Below are positions 28,030-41,703 of a stretch of DNA of 64,000 nucleotides, one piece after another. The DNA lies in the NCBI GenBank assembly GCA_964016885.1, contig OZ024745.1, positions 123,070,001-123,134,000 of the forward strand. The letters are read 5' to 3'. The stretch comes from Eledone cirrhosa. Its lineage: Eukaryota. How positions within the stretch are numbered: position 1 is the stretch's first letter; each line of letters opens with the position of its first letter. The notes below the pieces were generated by a model. That model saw only the letters and a program-made list of their open reading frames with translations, was not told the origin of the DNA and ran no database searches. A program made the position numbers and the translations under genes.

Positions 28030-28201
28030 ATATTCATATATAAGCTAAGAAATATGTGACAAAATAATTCCATGTTAAAATGGGTGTCAGCTTATATTCG
28101 AAGTTAATATTTTGTCAATTTCCTCTCTGAGGTGAATATTACACAGATATCACTTTGGGGGTGAAATTTTCAAAACAGCTTATATTCAAGTATATAAGGT
28201 A
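28030..28201. mobile_element. TcMar (Tc2/pogo-like) MITE fragment
   Basis: Repeated CAGCTTATATTC and end TATTCAAGTATATAAGGTA resemble the TACTCGAGTATATACGGTA terminus. Confidence 0.45.
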
Positions 28202-28600
28202 TGTTAAATGAAATATAACAGCAAATATGAAGAAAGTTTATTATGATAAAGTAAAAAAAAAATCTATTTAAATATACATTAACTTTCTAAAATGTTATAT
28301 ATATATATATTACAAGGCAAACAAATGTTAAACAAAGTTGCTTCGGAGAAACCTTTCCTCAATTTTCTTTAGCAGTTATATTCATTTAATATCCTTTCAT
28401 TTCACATTGGCAATTCCAACTACAATTATTTTACATAAAATACACTTAAATTTTTTCCCTTTTTTTTTTACATGTTTATGATTAGAAATATAATTTGAAC
28501 AAAAATACACTAAAAATTTTATGTTCTCAAATTATTTTTCTTGTATTAATGGAGCTGAGTTTGTTGTTCTGAAACTCCCTACTAATACCCTAATAGGATG

Positions 28601-28668
<68 letters not shown>

Positions 28669-28844
28669 ACGTGTGTGTATGTAGTGTGTGTGAAGTGTGA
28701 GTGTGTGAGTGTAGTGAAAATATCAACAAGAAATAAAGATCACGCTGTACATAAACAGAGCTAATTTATTATGCAAGATTGTTAGATCATGATACCTTTT
28801 GTTGTAAAAAACTTTCATGTGTATGAATAGTAATAATAATAATA

Positions 28845-29170
28845 ATAATTGTTTCTACTTTTGGCACAAGGCCAGCAATTACCCAGTGTATTACAATAAT
28901 AATATTAACAATAATGGTTTCTTATGTAGGCACAAGGCCAGCAATTTTGGGGAGGGGAAAGTCAATTAATTCGACCCCAGTGCGTGACTGGTACTTTATT
29001 TTATCGACCCCGTAAGGATGAAAGGCAAAGTTAACCTCGGCGGGATTTGAACTCAGATCATAAAGGGACGTAACTACGCTGGAAAGCATGTCTGACTCTC
29101 TACCAATACTGACAATTCAGTACCAGTAACACACTGGGGTTGACTTAATTGACTTTCTCTTCCCCCCAAA
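28845..29170 (-). mobile_element. Family-B SINE cluster
   Basis: Matches other B copies. Confidence 0.8.
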
Positions 29171-29171
29171 A

Positions 29172-29315
29172 CAACTGATGCAGGTAGTTTCTTCCATGCT
29201 TCAGCAACTCTGAGCGTGAAAAATTGTATCCGGAAGTCATGGGAGCTGTACTGTTTTCTCACTTTGTTGGCATGCCCACGTGTGTTAGACACATGGAAAT
29301 CAAAAAGATACTCTA
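29172..29315 (-). mobile_element. CR1-clade LINE ORF2 C-terminal fragment
   Basis: SNTRGHANKVRKQYSSHDFRIQFFTLRVAEAWKKLPASVV matches the CR1 'TRGH..K...R..FF..RV...W..LP..VV' motif. Confidence 0.85.
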
Positions 29316-29908
29316 TAAAACCCTATATTTACAAGGAATGGTATAAAAAAACATACAGTAAATCTGATAATTCTAATTTGTCATTGTAACTCACCAACAT
29401 TATTATATGTTACACTCACCAGAATTATACTCTATGTTTTTACAAGTGTCTTTACGTTCACAATCTAAAACAAAATATTATTATACTCTCTTATTATTCT
29501 AGTTACTCTCACCATTTGCCTCACATTTATTACATTTATCATAATCCTTATAATTATAATAAACTTCCCCATGTCCCATTTCTATCCCAGCCATAATCAT
29601 CATCATTTTATTCTTCACCATTCCCTAACTCTGCCATTGCTATCAAACTTTAAGCTATCAGATTCTTTAGCTATGTTACAAATTTTGGTGCCTTAGATTG
29701 TCTCATTACACCTTTCTTGGTTACCATAGTGGCAATCTCATGCCTATTTATCTCTAAATAATTGTTGATTCCAGCAATAGTAATTGGTGACTGTTGAACG
29801 AAAGTGAGTCTTTTACTTCGAAACCTCAACTCTGCCACACACACACTCTCTCTATCTCTATCTCTATATCCCCCTCTCTCTCTCTCTATCTCTATCTCTA
29901 TATCTCTC

Positions 29909-29961
<53 letters not shown>

Positions 29962-30479
29962 TACACACACACACACTCTCTCTCTCTTTCTCTATCTATC
30001 TATCTATCCATCCATCACGCTCTCTCTCTCTCTCTTTCTCTCTCTCACACACTCTCTCTCTCTTTCTCTCTCTTACACACTCTCTCTCTTTCTTTCACTC
30101 TTTTTCTCTCTCTCTCTCTCACACACACACACTTTCTATATCTATCTATCTCTATCTCTCCCTCTCTCTCACACACACTCTCTCTCTCTATCTCTCTCAC
30201 TCTCCCATCCCACCCTTCTCTCTCACACAATCATGTGGTCTATATATCCATCAACTCTCTTTACTTCCCTGTTTAATATCTTCCACTTCCTCTCTCACCT
30301 GAAAATCAATAGCCACCACGTCAAGTAGTCAAATTATTGGTCTACAAGACTTGTGCTCATCATTTCTAAAACACCTTACTGAAAACATTCACATATTCAT
30401 ATATCTGCACTCATGCACACACACAAAGAAACTAATTCACACACACACACACACACATATATACATATATATATGCAAG

Positions 30480-31240
30480 TGTGCATATGCTTGTATGTGA
30501 GTGTGTTTTTATGTGTTTGTGTTCCAGCATATGTGAGTGTGTTTATATGTGTTTGTGTTCTAGCATGTGTGTGTATGTATGCTTGTATGTGAGTGTGTTT
30601 ATATGTGTTTGTGTTCCAGCATGTGTGTGTGTGTATGCTTGTATGTGAGTGTGTTTATATGTGTTTGTGTTCTAGCATGTGTATGTGTGTATGCTTGTCT
30701 GTGAGTGTGTTTATATGTGTTTGTGTTCTAGCATATGTATGTGTGTATGCTTGTCTGTGAGTGTGTTTATATGTGTTTGTGTTCTAGCATGTGTATGTGT
30801 GTATGCTTGTCTGTGAGTGTGTTTATATGTGTTTGTGTTCTAGCATGTGTATGTGTGTATGCTTGTCTGTGAGTGTGTTTATATGTGTTTGTGTTCTAGC
30901 ATATGTATGTGTGTATGCTTGTCTGTGAGTGTGTTTATATGTGTTTGTGTTCTAGCATATGTATGTGTGTATGCTTGTCTGTGAGTGTGTTTATATGTGT
31001 TTGTGTTCTAGCATATGTATGTGTGTATGCTTGTCTGTGAGTGTGTTTATATGTGTTTGTGTTCCAGCATGTGAATGTGTGTATGCTTGTCTGTGAGTGT
31101 GTTTATATGTGTTTGTGTTCCAGCATGTGTGTGTGTGTGTGTGTGTATACTTGTATGTGAGTGTGTTTATATGTGTTTGTCTTCCAGCACATGTGTATGA
31201 ATGTGTGCAGATATGTGAGCGTGTTTATATATGTTTGTGT
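30480..31240. repeat. 46-bp minisatellite (~15 units)
   Basis: Unit GTATGCTTGTCTGTGAGTGTGTTTATATGTGTTTGTGTTCTAGCAT... Confidence 0.95.
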
Positions 31241-31434
31241 AGCTGTGTACGTGTGTTTATGTACAAATAAACACACATTTTTGTTTTGTTTTATACAATC
31301 ATTTACATTGATTTTTCACTACTAGCTTGCAAGGGTGAGATAAATTTCACAAAAATTTTGATATTTTCTGTTTGAAATATTGGAGAAAGTACATTTACAG
31401 TTGTATATTTTTCCTGTAACTAACATTTGATAGA

Positions 31435-31642
31435 ACGTATGGGATATCATTCAAAAGAGAAGACAAATGATGAACTGCAAAGGATGATTAGAATAGAGCT
31501 AGTGATGAATGTGAAGAGAAATGGAACAAGATGGTTGGGTCAGGAGTTTAGGAAGGATGAAAGGGATTGAATGATATGAGTGATGGAAATGAATGTAGAA
31601 GGAAGAAGAGAAATAGGAGGAGTAAAGAAGACATGGTTTGAA
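31435..31642 (+). mobile_element. Old RTE LINE C-terminal fragment
   Basis: 'NDELQR...RWLGQEFRKD...MEMNVEGRREIGGVKKTW' with stops. Confidence 0.65.
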
Positions 31643-32010
31643 TAATTGCAGCAGAGTGGACTTTGTTAAAGGTACTCAAACACCAGGTAGTGGTGTTAAG
31701 CCAAGTGTTAGATTATATCTACCATTCAAAAACAGATTGGTTACAACAGCTTCTGTTCATCTGATCTCACTCAGCTGATGGTTATGATCATAGACGTCTG
31801 CCGAAGGCGTCATATATTGGATTCTGACTTGAAGAAGCATGATTACATGGCCAAATTCTTCACCACAAATACACATAACTCACACAGTAAAGTGTTAGTG
31901 CTGGTGCCATGGAAAAAGCACTCAGTTCGCTCTGTTAGGTTGCAGTGGCTTTAGCAGTACTATGATAAAACACAGCTGAAAAAGTCCATTAAATCGACCT
32001 CAGTGCGTGT

Positions 32011-32260
32011 GAAGGCACATGGCTTAGTGGTAAGAGACTTGGGCTTACAATCAAAAGGTTGTGAGTTCAATTCTCGGATCGGGTGATGTGTTTTTCCTTG
32101 AGCAAGACACTTTATGTCACATTGCTCCAGTTTACTCAGCCATAGAAATGAGATGATAGGACTGGGGTCCCTATCATTAAATCACCCAAGACACCTCCAA
32201 CAAGATATACCTTGGAGAAGGCCAGCTAAACTTGCATAGGTGTGAGTTGTCACACACAGT
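32011..32260 (+). mobile_element. SINE with family-A head and an alternative 3' tail (second copy 51590-51838, minus)
   Basis: Same head to GGGGTCCCTATCATT, then AAAT.ACCCAAGACACCTCCAAC...GTCACACAC in both copies. Confidence 0.8.
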
Positions 32261-32261
32261 G

Positions 32262-32540
32262 CATGACTGGTACTTTATTTTATCAATCCTGTAAGGATGA
32301 AAGGTGAAGTTAACCGTGGCAGGATTTGAACTCAGAGAGTTACTATCTTAAAAATTGTTTCTACTTTTGGCACAAGGCCAGCATCTATCCCAGTGCATTA
32401 CTGGTACTTATTTTATCGACCCTAAAGGATGAAATCAAAGTTAACCTCAGCAGGATTTGAACTCAGACTGTAAATGGGCGTAACTCTATGCTGCAAAGCA
32501 TAGTGTCCGACCCTCTACCGATACTGCCAATCCACCGCCT
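32262..32540 (-). mobile_element. Family-B SINEs (partial + full)
   Basis: Matches other B copies. Confidence 0.8.
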
Positions 32541-33435
32541 TAATAATGCTTTATTAAAGGCATTTATTTTCCTCACAGTTGTATAAATAACATTACAAAT
32601 TCTTCACAATCTATTCAAAATGAAAATATAAACACAAATTTAAACACATATAACAAATACAATCAACTATTGCTAGGAACCTCACAATTACAACGCACCA
32701 AAATATATGATCAGAGCAAGAGAAAGAAAAAAAGGGCTATAAGAAAACACAACCATCAATTCATCACCAAATGTGACAATCGGCCACACATTATAAGGGT
32801 CAACGGAAATTTTTAAGGCAAGCTAATACACTCGCAGCATTACTATAGGTGATGGCAAGGCTAAATGAAACAATTAATATTTCAGTAAATCTTTCAAAAA
32901 TTCTTCATTAATTAATTAAAATAGACTGTATTTCATAAGAAATACTGTTACAAAAGAATTAATCCAAGACATTTAAGATGAACAAATGGATTGTTGTCAG
33001 AACAATCCAAGAGAGAATTAAAGAAAGAAAACTGAAGACAAACATTTACATTTAAACAAGTGATTGTGTTTATCCTCTTTAGAATATTAATATATATATA
33101 TATATATATATACACATTATATATATATAAATATATATATATATACATTATATATATATATATATATATATGTAGATAAATCTACCAAGAGTTTACGGTA
33201 GTGTCCAATCCGTATGAAGAACTCAATGTATTCCGGATATCATGGAAAGAAAATTACTATTATAGAGAAATGTAGTACCATATTTCACAAATGATGATGA
33301 TGATGATATATATATATACCTATGTACATGATATATATATATATATATATATACATATACATACCTATGTACATACATACTTATTGACACTCACACACAT
33401 ATACACACATACACATATAGACACATACATACATA

Positions 33436-33472
<37 letters not shown>

Positions 33473-33764
33473 AACATTCATAAAACCAATATGAGAAATA
33501 TAGTCAAAAATAGACAAAGTCAAGAGTAAGAATAGATAAAAACAGAAAACAAAGAATTACTTGATTAATGTTCAATATCTTTTACCATAAAGCTATTTTT
33601 TATTTACCAATTATCAGGTTCTTCTCCAGTTTCATAAACCTAGGTACACCCTGACAGTCTCATAATTAATTCCATGCAAAGTGTGTGCGCTATATAGCAA
33701 ACTTCACTATATATATGTTTATTTTTGCATTTTTTGTGGAAAAATCTAAGTAATAATCTATAGA

Positions 33765-34280
33765 ATGCTGATGCCATGATAAAAAGCACCCAGTTCACTC
33801 TGTGAAATGGTAGTGCTGATGCCATGATAAAAAGCACGCAGATCACTCTGTAAAATGGTAGTGCTGATGCCATGATAAAAAGCACCCAGTTCACTCTGTA
33901 AAATGGTAGTGCTGCTGCTACAATAAAAAAAAAACTCAGTCCACTCTGTAAAATGGTAGTGCTGATGCCATGATAAAAAGCACCCAGTTCACTCTGTAAA
34001 ATGGTAGTGCTGCTGCTACAATAAAAAAAAAACTCAGTCCTCTCTGTAAAATGGTAGTGCTGATGCCATGATAAAAAGCACCCAGTTCACTCTGTAAAAT
34101 GGTAGTGCTGCTGCTACAATAAAAAAAAAACTCAGTCCACTCTGTAAAATGGTAGTGCTGATGCCATGATAAAAAGCACCCAGTTCACTCTGTAAAATGG
34201 TAGTGCTGCTGCTACAATAAAAAAAAAACTCAGTCCACTCTGTAAAATGGTAGTGCTGGTGGTACAATAAAAAGCACTGT
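33765..34280. repeat. Higher-order minisatellite (48-bp and ~56-bp units) derived from a SINE internal segment
   Basis: Units share CACTCTGTAAAATGGTAGTGCTG and AAAAAGCACCCAG and run into SINE text GGTTGGTGTTAGGAAAGCATCCAG. Confidence 0.85.
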
Positions 34281-34485
34281 ACTGTGAGGTGGTAAGGCCA
34301 GAGTCACAATACATTACACCCAGTACACTGTGGTGGTTGGTGTTAGGAAAGCATCCAGCCATAAGAAACCATGTCAAAAACAGAGCTTACAATCAAAATA
34401 TAATCACCTGACAAGACTTGCCTCATCAGTATGTGACAACCCATCTAGCCTAGCCAAGCATGAAAAAACAGATATTAAGAGGTGG

Positions 34486-34519
<34 letters not shown>

Positions 34520-34625
34520 GGTTCTTCAAAGACTAATTACATCAAAATAAAATAAAAAAGCAATCCACTTTGCATATTCTAAAATAATTAAAAGAAAACA
34601 GTTTTATGAAAATATTAAATATTAA

Positions 34626-34810
34626 CCCTTTAGCATTTACATTACTCTATATTTACTCTTGTATTTTTGTTGTAAAGGGTTTACCTCACATAATATCTCA
34701 CATAACATCGAATCTATGAGATTTTGATATTATTTATTTTGGGAACAATACCTTAACGTCAGTATGAGTGGCCGATTTGAACAGAAGGAGGTGAGAGAAT
34801 TCTGGCCCGA
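34626..34810. mobile_element. Family-M MITE, one end missing
   Basis: TTAA-CCCTTTAGCATTTAC start. Confidence 0.8.
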
Positions 34811-35116
34811 AAACTGAAGAGAGTACTGACAGGATGGAAGAATCTAGAACCATCTTCATATCCGAGTGAGCTAATGTATCCCTGAAATAATTTTTCTAAG
34901 TCAATCTGAAAACCAGCACACAACCCCCGATCTATTATTAGGTTAGTTAAATAAAAACTAGTTGTATGTAGGCTACGATCAATATTCAATAAAAAAACAA
35001 CTGACCCTATGTCAGGTCAAATCAAATCAATATTGTACATATGCCTGAAATATATGGCTTAGAAAACACATTACATACATACCTACATACATACATACAA
35101 ACATGCATACATATAT

Positions 35117-35208
<92 letters not shown>

Positions 35209-35309
35209 TAGATCTACCAACTCATAGTATTATAATATTGTAAAATTAAATCAAGTCAATCTTTTCCTTTTTTTCAAATATATATATATATGTATACATA
35301 TATATATAT

Positions 35310-35342
<33 letters not shown>

Positions 35343-35763
35343 GTGGTATATGGTCCCATAACACATGAATGCGTCTTAGGGGCGTTGTATTGACATACAG
35401 CATTTTGGGGGCATTTTAAGCCTGGTGGAGCCGATTTCTCTCCAGGCCTGAGTACAGCAAATTTTTTCCAGAGAGGAAAATGATAAAGAGATATAGAGGA
35501 AGAATCAACCCCAGTACCTGACTGGTACTTTTTTTATCGATCTTGAAAGAATGAAAGGCAAAGTTGACCTTGGCAGGATTTGAACTCAGAGACTAGAGAG
35601 CTGGAATGAATACCATAAAGCATTCTATCCAACACATATATATATATATATATATATATATGCATACATACATACATACATATATATATATACATATATA
35701 TATATACATACATACTTATTCATTCATAGAAACATGCATATTCATGTAGCTATATGTATTCAT

Positions 35764-35809
<46 letters not shown>

Positions 35810-35979
35810 AAGTGAGTCCTTCATCAGTGACCCTCCAACCGTCCTCGGCATTTCATCGCTTTAAGGGCCATATGCCTCAGGTTGGTGCGAACAACGGCTA
35901 AAAAAAGTCGTTGGGACACGTAAATAAAGGGGACGCTAGAGTAACAACAAAAAGGTTTAAGCAACGGAAAGTGAATATA

Positions 35980-36065
<86 letters not shown>

Positions 36066-36068
<3 letters not shown>

Positions 36069-36265
36069 CGAAGGAAATGTGGTAAGGAGCCAGATGGAAC
36101 ATAACGCACCAAAGTACTCAATACTTAGGGTAGTAGAGTGGGTAACAGGAACAAGTATGACCCCGATGGCAGAGCTCAAGCCGTTTCGACGGCTAATTCT
36201 GGACTTTGGAGTCCAGAATTAGCCGTCGAAACGGCTTGAGCTCTGCCGTCGGGGTCATACTTGTT

Positions 36266-36268
<3 letters not shown>
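36066..36268. mobile_element. Penelope-like family P1 fold-back
   Basis: 59-bp arms 36147-36205/36210-36268 (one G-U), flanked by (TA)n. Confidence 0.7.
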
Positions 36269-36321
<53 letters not shown>

Positions 36322-36463
36322 TATAAATTTACATATGTTCATACATATTTATGTATAAACACAAAAAAATATACATTTAGACATATATATATATATATAT
36401 ATATTCATACATACATACATACACACACACGTCTGTGAGTATGAATAACTGAGTATATGTGTA

Positions 36464-36530
<67 letters not shown>

Positions 36531-36568
36531 AGAGTGAGTGTCACACTGCACTAGTAAGTAATTAATAG

Positions 36569-36622
<54 letters not shown>

Positions 36623-36624
<2 letters not shown>

Positions 36625-36918
36625 TTAGTGTTAGTTAATTCCAAAGAAAGAGCAAAGGAAAAAAGAGTGCTCTATGTATAGAACAGAGCTATTTAACTAG
36701 ATAGTGAACAACACAAAATATAACTACTCCATTACCAAAGGTAATCTCTCTATCTGATGAACGATCCAGACGCATGTTAATATTGTCCAGAGTCCTGAAA
36801 CCTTTGGTAGTGGAGTAGTTATATACTGTGTTGTTTACTTTCTAATTATATAGCTCTGTTCTATACATAGAGCACTCTTTTTTCCTTTCCCTTTTCTGTG
36901 GAATTATCTAACACTAAA
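36623..36918. mobile_element. Fold-back element (~115-bp arms) with central hammerhead
   Basis: Arms ~36623-36742/36800-36918; related fragment at 44670-44825. Confidence 0.7.
36748..36815 (+). ncRNA. Type-I hammerhead ribozyme motif
   Basis: Stem I CTCTAT/GTGGAG; CTGATGA; partly degenerate stem II; GAAA; stem III CC-TTT-GG; GUA site. Confidence 0.7.
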
Positions 36919-36921
36919 ACA

Positions 36922-36979
<58 letters not shown>

Positions 36980-37027
36980 TGTACACACATATACACAGTT
37001 ATTCATTACATATTAGTGTAGTGTGAA

Positions 37028-37076
<49 letters not shown>

Positions 37077-37135
37077 GGAGAGAGAGATTCACACTGCACC
37101 AGTATGTAATGAATAACTGTGTATATGTGTGTACA

Positions 37136-37202
<67 letters not shown>

Positions 37203-37291
37203 GAATGAATGAATGAAGTCTCACCCTTGCAAGCAGGGAAAAGCGGACGTAAAATGATGATGAATATATATATATATATATAAATAGAGAG

Positions 37292-37334
<43 letters not shown>

Positions 37335-37423
37335 CACACTGCATCAGTGTAAGATTAATAAGTATATATATATATATAGTGAGGAAACATAAGTCAATTG
37401 CATGAACTCATAATCCTTTATTT

Positions 37424-37479
37424 ACTGCTATATATATTTCGATGATAGCCATTGAATGGCTATGACCTCATCAGGCAGT
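37424..37479 (-). ncRNA. Minimal type-I hammerhead ribozyme (intact core)
   Basis: Minus strand: ACTGC-CTGATGA-GGTCATAGCCAT-TCA-ATGGCTATCATC-GAAA-TATATA-TA|GCAGT. Confidence 0.85.
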
Positions 37480-37544
37480 TAGTCAGTTCTTAGATATGCC
37501 AGCTCTGTGTTTATAGTGTTGATGGTATCAGAGCCTTGGGACAT

Positions 37545-37894
37545 ATCATCATCATTTTTCATCATTTCATTTTACGTCCCGCTTTTTCCCTGCTTGCAAG
37601 GGTGGGACGGGAACTGATTCTGGCTTGATTTCTACAGCTGGATGCCCTTCCTAACACCAACCTCATTTACAGTGAGTGCTGGGTGCTTTTTTGCCGTGGC
37701 GCCGCCACGACCACTTTGCAGTGGAATGATAGGGACCCAAGTCCCTATCATCTCATTTCTACAGCTGAGTAAACTGGAGCAATGTGAAATAAAGTGTCTT
37801 GCTCAAGGAAACAACACATCACCCAGTCTGAGAATTGAACTCACAACCTTTCGATTGCAAGCCCAATGCTCTAACCACTAAGCCATGTGCCTCC
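37545..37894 (-). mobile_element. Full-length SINE family A
   Basis: Matches 3481-3822. Confidence 0.88.
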
Positions 37895-37899
37895 ATTAT

Positions 37900-37935
<36 letters not shown>

Positions 37936-38074
37936 AGATCTGTTTAGACATAAAACCTATTTGACAGTGAAATATGTCAATACTCCTCTTCAATGGAGAT
38001 TTCTCTTAGTTTTTCATTTCAATTATTTTGAAGATATAACATTTTTTTTCTGGCTTCGTTAGTTTCATAAATGT

Positions 38075-38597
38075 TATCATTGTCATCGTCACTGTCATCT
38101 TGTCATCACTGTCAATGTCATCGCTGTCATCACTGTCATCATCATTATTGTATATCATCATCACTGTCACTGTCATCAGTGTGATCAACATCATTGTCAT
38201 CATAATCATCACCATCATTGTCATCATCACTGTCATCATTATTGTCATCACCATCATTGTCATCATCATTGTCATCGGTGTCATCATTGTCATCATAATC
38301 ATCACCATTATTGTCATCATCATTGTTATCATCACTGTCATCATTGTCATCAGCACTGTCATCATTGTCATCATCATCCTCATTGTCATCATCATCATCA
38401 TACCATCACCATCATCACCACCATCACCATAACCATCATCACCATCACCACCATCACCATCATCATCATCCTCACCGTCATCATCATCCTCATTGTAATC
38501 ATCCTCATCATCATCATCGTAATCCTCATCGTCACCATCATCATCATCATCATCTGTCATCAACATCACAGTCCTCCCCCTTCTCATCATCATCATT
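38075..38597. repeat. Degenerate (ATC)n/(TGTCATCAT)n low-complexity tract
   Basis: Direct reading. Confidence 0.9.
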
Positions 38598-39062
38598 AGA
38601 CATCTGTTTTCCCTGCTAACAAGGGTCGGATGGGTCTGTACTTAATTGGAGGTATGGCCCTCTCAGTTGAGCTGGAGGCCACATGTCTTTTACATACATC
38701 CTTCTGCTATACAGAGTGTACAGGGTGCATTTTATCATAGCATCAACACCAGGGAGGATATCATATTTTTTCTCCTATATAAAGTATTGCTCCAGCATGG
38801 TCAAGTCTAATGACTAAAACCAGTAAAAGAATAAAGTAATATAGAATCAACTAAAAATATTCACAACGATGATGATATACTATATATAATGAAATTAGTG
38901 TGTACAGTGCTCAGGTGCACTACAACTCATCAAAGATGCTTGTATAGTACATGTAGGATAATGTACAAATGTCAGGAAAGTGAACAGGATGACGATGTTG
39001 TCTGTTCTTATAGGTTAGATGGTTTTTTGTTTGATTTTTACAGATTTATTTGTGTTGGTTAA

Positions 39063-39477
39063 GTGAGAGATGGGGAGGGCAGGAGAGATGGGGGCGATGA
39101 CAGTGGGAGTTTGGTTCCTCTGTGTTCGGACCTGGTGTACATGAGAGATGGGGAGGGCAGGAGAGATGGGGGCGATGACAGTGGGCAGTGGGAGTTTGGC
39201 TCCTCTGTGTTTGAACCTGGTATACATGAGAGATGGAGAGGGCAGGAGAGATGGAGGCAATGACAGTGGGCAGTGGGAGTTTGGCTCCTCTGTGTTCGGA
39301 CCTGGTGTACATGAAAGATGGAGAGGGCAGGAGAGATGGAGGCAATGACAGTGGGCAGTGGGAGTTTGGCTCCTCTGTGTTCGGACCTGGTGTACATGAG
39401 AGATGGAGAGGGCAAGAGAGATGGGGGCGATGACAGTGGGAGTTTGGTTCCTCTGTGTTCGAACCTGGTGTACATGT
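39063..39477. repeat. GC-rich minisatellite, 78-85-bp unit x~5
   Basis: GAGAGATGG(G/A)GAGGGCAGGAGAGATGG...GGACCTGGTGTACAT. Confidence 0.92.
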
Positions 39478-40089
39478 GTGTGCATTTTAACACTATTTAC
39501 GCTTCAATCTTGTCAAACAACTGTCTGGGGGGTAGCAGCTATCTTCTACCATTAACCAACCAACCAGCCCCCTGTATCTAACCCTATGCATACAAATATA
39601 AGCTGAGTCCCTGTTTTATGTCTGAGAAATAGGCAAAAATCCAAACCCTATGTTTCAACTTGCTTACGTATTTTTATGGCATTCCATATGGCTGCACCTG
39701 ACAAGAAGTTTCTTTAATCATGTGGGAAGTGATCTCTGGTCCTATGTCTGGTTCCTGTCAATATATTTCTGGTAATAAGCAACCATTTGCTTAGGCACAG
39801 ATAAGAGTTGTGGTGGATTATATATAGAACTGTCACTCAAAATATGAATTCCTCATATTTTATATATATATATATGTGTGTGTGTGTATAGGTATGTATA
39901 CATATATGTATACATATATATGTATATATGTACATGCATAGACACACACACACACACATATATGCCAGACAGTCCTATGCGAGCAAGACAATCACTCTTG
40001 CCTCAAGTGGGACTACCCCCGTCCAAACCCATGCAAGCGTGGAACACGGACGTTAAACGGTGATGATGATGATGATGATGATATATATA

Positions 40090-40214
40090 TGGTGGCTGCC
40101 AACTCGTTTTCGAGTACGGCCACTACTTTATATCCATGTAGGAGAACCCCTACCGATGCGCTGAACGAGTGTGACTTTTTAGTCTAGCAAGCGACTTGAA
40201 AACTCTGGTACAAA

Positions 40215-40220
<6 letters not shown>
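40090..40220 (-). mobile_element. RTE-like LINE 3' end with terminal C2H2 finger
   Basis: [23 protein letters not shown], then a short UTR with hairpin CTCG-AAAA-CGAG. Confidence 0.65.
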
Positions 40221-40265
<45 letters not shown>

Positions 40266-40916
40266 CATATATACATATATGCATACATATATGTATACAT
40301 ATATGTACATACATATATGTATACATATATATGCATACATACATATATACATATATGTATACATATCCATACATACATATATACATACATACATATATAT
40401 ATACATATATGTATACACATGGAAAATGGACGTTAAACGAAGATGATGATGATGATGATGATGATGATATATGTACATACATATATGTATACACATATAT
40501 ATATATATATATACATATTTATGCATAACTTAATCAGAGAAGGATATGCAGCACTAATGTTAGTTTTTCAGGGCTCCTGAGACAGATGGAGGAGATATTA
40601 ATGTGTTATATATTCGTTCCAGCACTCAGCATTCTGAATTCTAATCCCACTGATATCTACTTTGTCTTTTATCCATTCCAGCTTCATAAAGAAAGTAGCA
40701 TCCCAGTGCTTATACAGCCTTCTCTCCTTGCTTCTAGCTGTCACATTCTGAATATCCCACTGGATCAACTGTTGAAAGAGGATGTTTGTGTTTGCTTACA
40801 ACTGCATGGTTACCAAAAAGACTTATGAAAAGCATAGTAAATACTACCAAGATATACTATATAGCAGGCGACAGAGAGACTCCATAGTATGGCTGAGAAA
40901 TTTCTATTCTGTTTAA

Positions 40917-41127
40917 CCCTTTAGCATTTAAACCGGCCAGAATTCTCTCTCCTCTTTCTGTTCAAACCGGCCATAAACAGTTGCTTATACTTATGTTAAG
41001 GTATTGTTCTCAAAATAGATAATATTAAAATGTCATAGATTCGATATTATGTGAGATAATTATGTAAGATAAAGTGTTTATCATGAAAATACAATAGTAA
41101 ATATAGAATAATGAAAATGCTAAAGGG
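40917..41127. mobile_element. Family-M TTAA MITE
   Basis: TIRs as in other M copies. Confidence 0.85.
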
Positions 41128-41703
41128 GTAAATCATTTGCTACCATATTTCTAATGAAAAACACAACCTATGATTTAAAAATCATTTTGAAACCGAACAA
41201 GAAATTTGAAGGATTTAGTAACAGAGCTACCTTCTCTTAAATAAGCTGGTGTCTGAAGCATATCAAAGATTTTTACCTCAAATAATGCTGGAAGGTTTTT
41301 TCACATAAATATAAACATTTTACAATAGACAGTCTTGTATAATAGAAACAGTTTTAGAAAGTTTAGTATTAAAAGGTTTAAGTATTGAACTATTTCTATG
41401 ACAAAAATGCTTCAGGAAATATTCAACAGTCCAATATCTTCCACAGGGGCCCAGAGGCCTTCATATTGGTATTCATTGGAATCACAATGCGATATGAAGG
41501 ATTGTAAAGGTTCTCGGAACTATAATCTCCACTTTCCAAGGTGTAATAGTGAATATCTGTATGTGTGCATATGTGTTGTATGTATAGTTGTATGTAAGTA
41601 TGTATGTATGCATAAATATATATTGAAAAAAATATGTGTGTATGTATGTATGTGTGTATGTGTGTATGTATGTATGTGTATATATGTGTGTGTGTATAAA
41701 GTA

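Noticed and set aside
33765-34280. Repeat-spacer appearance
   Set aside because: The 'spacers' are themselves repeated; SINE-derived minisatellite
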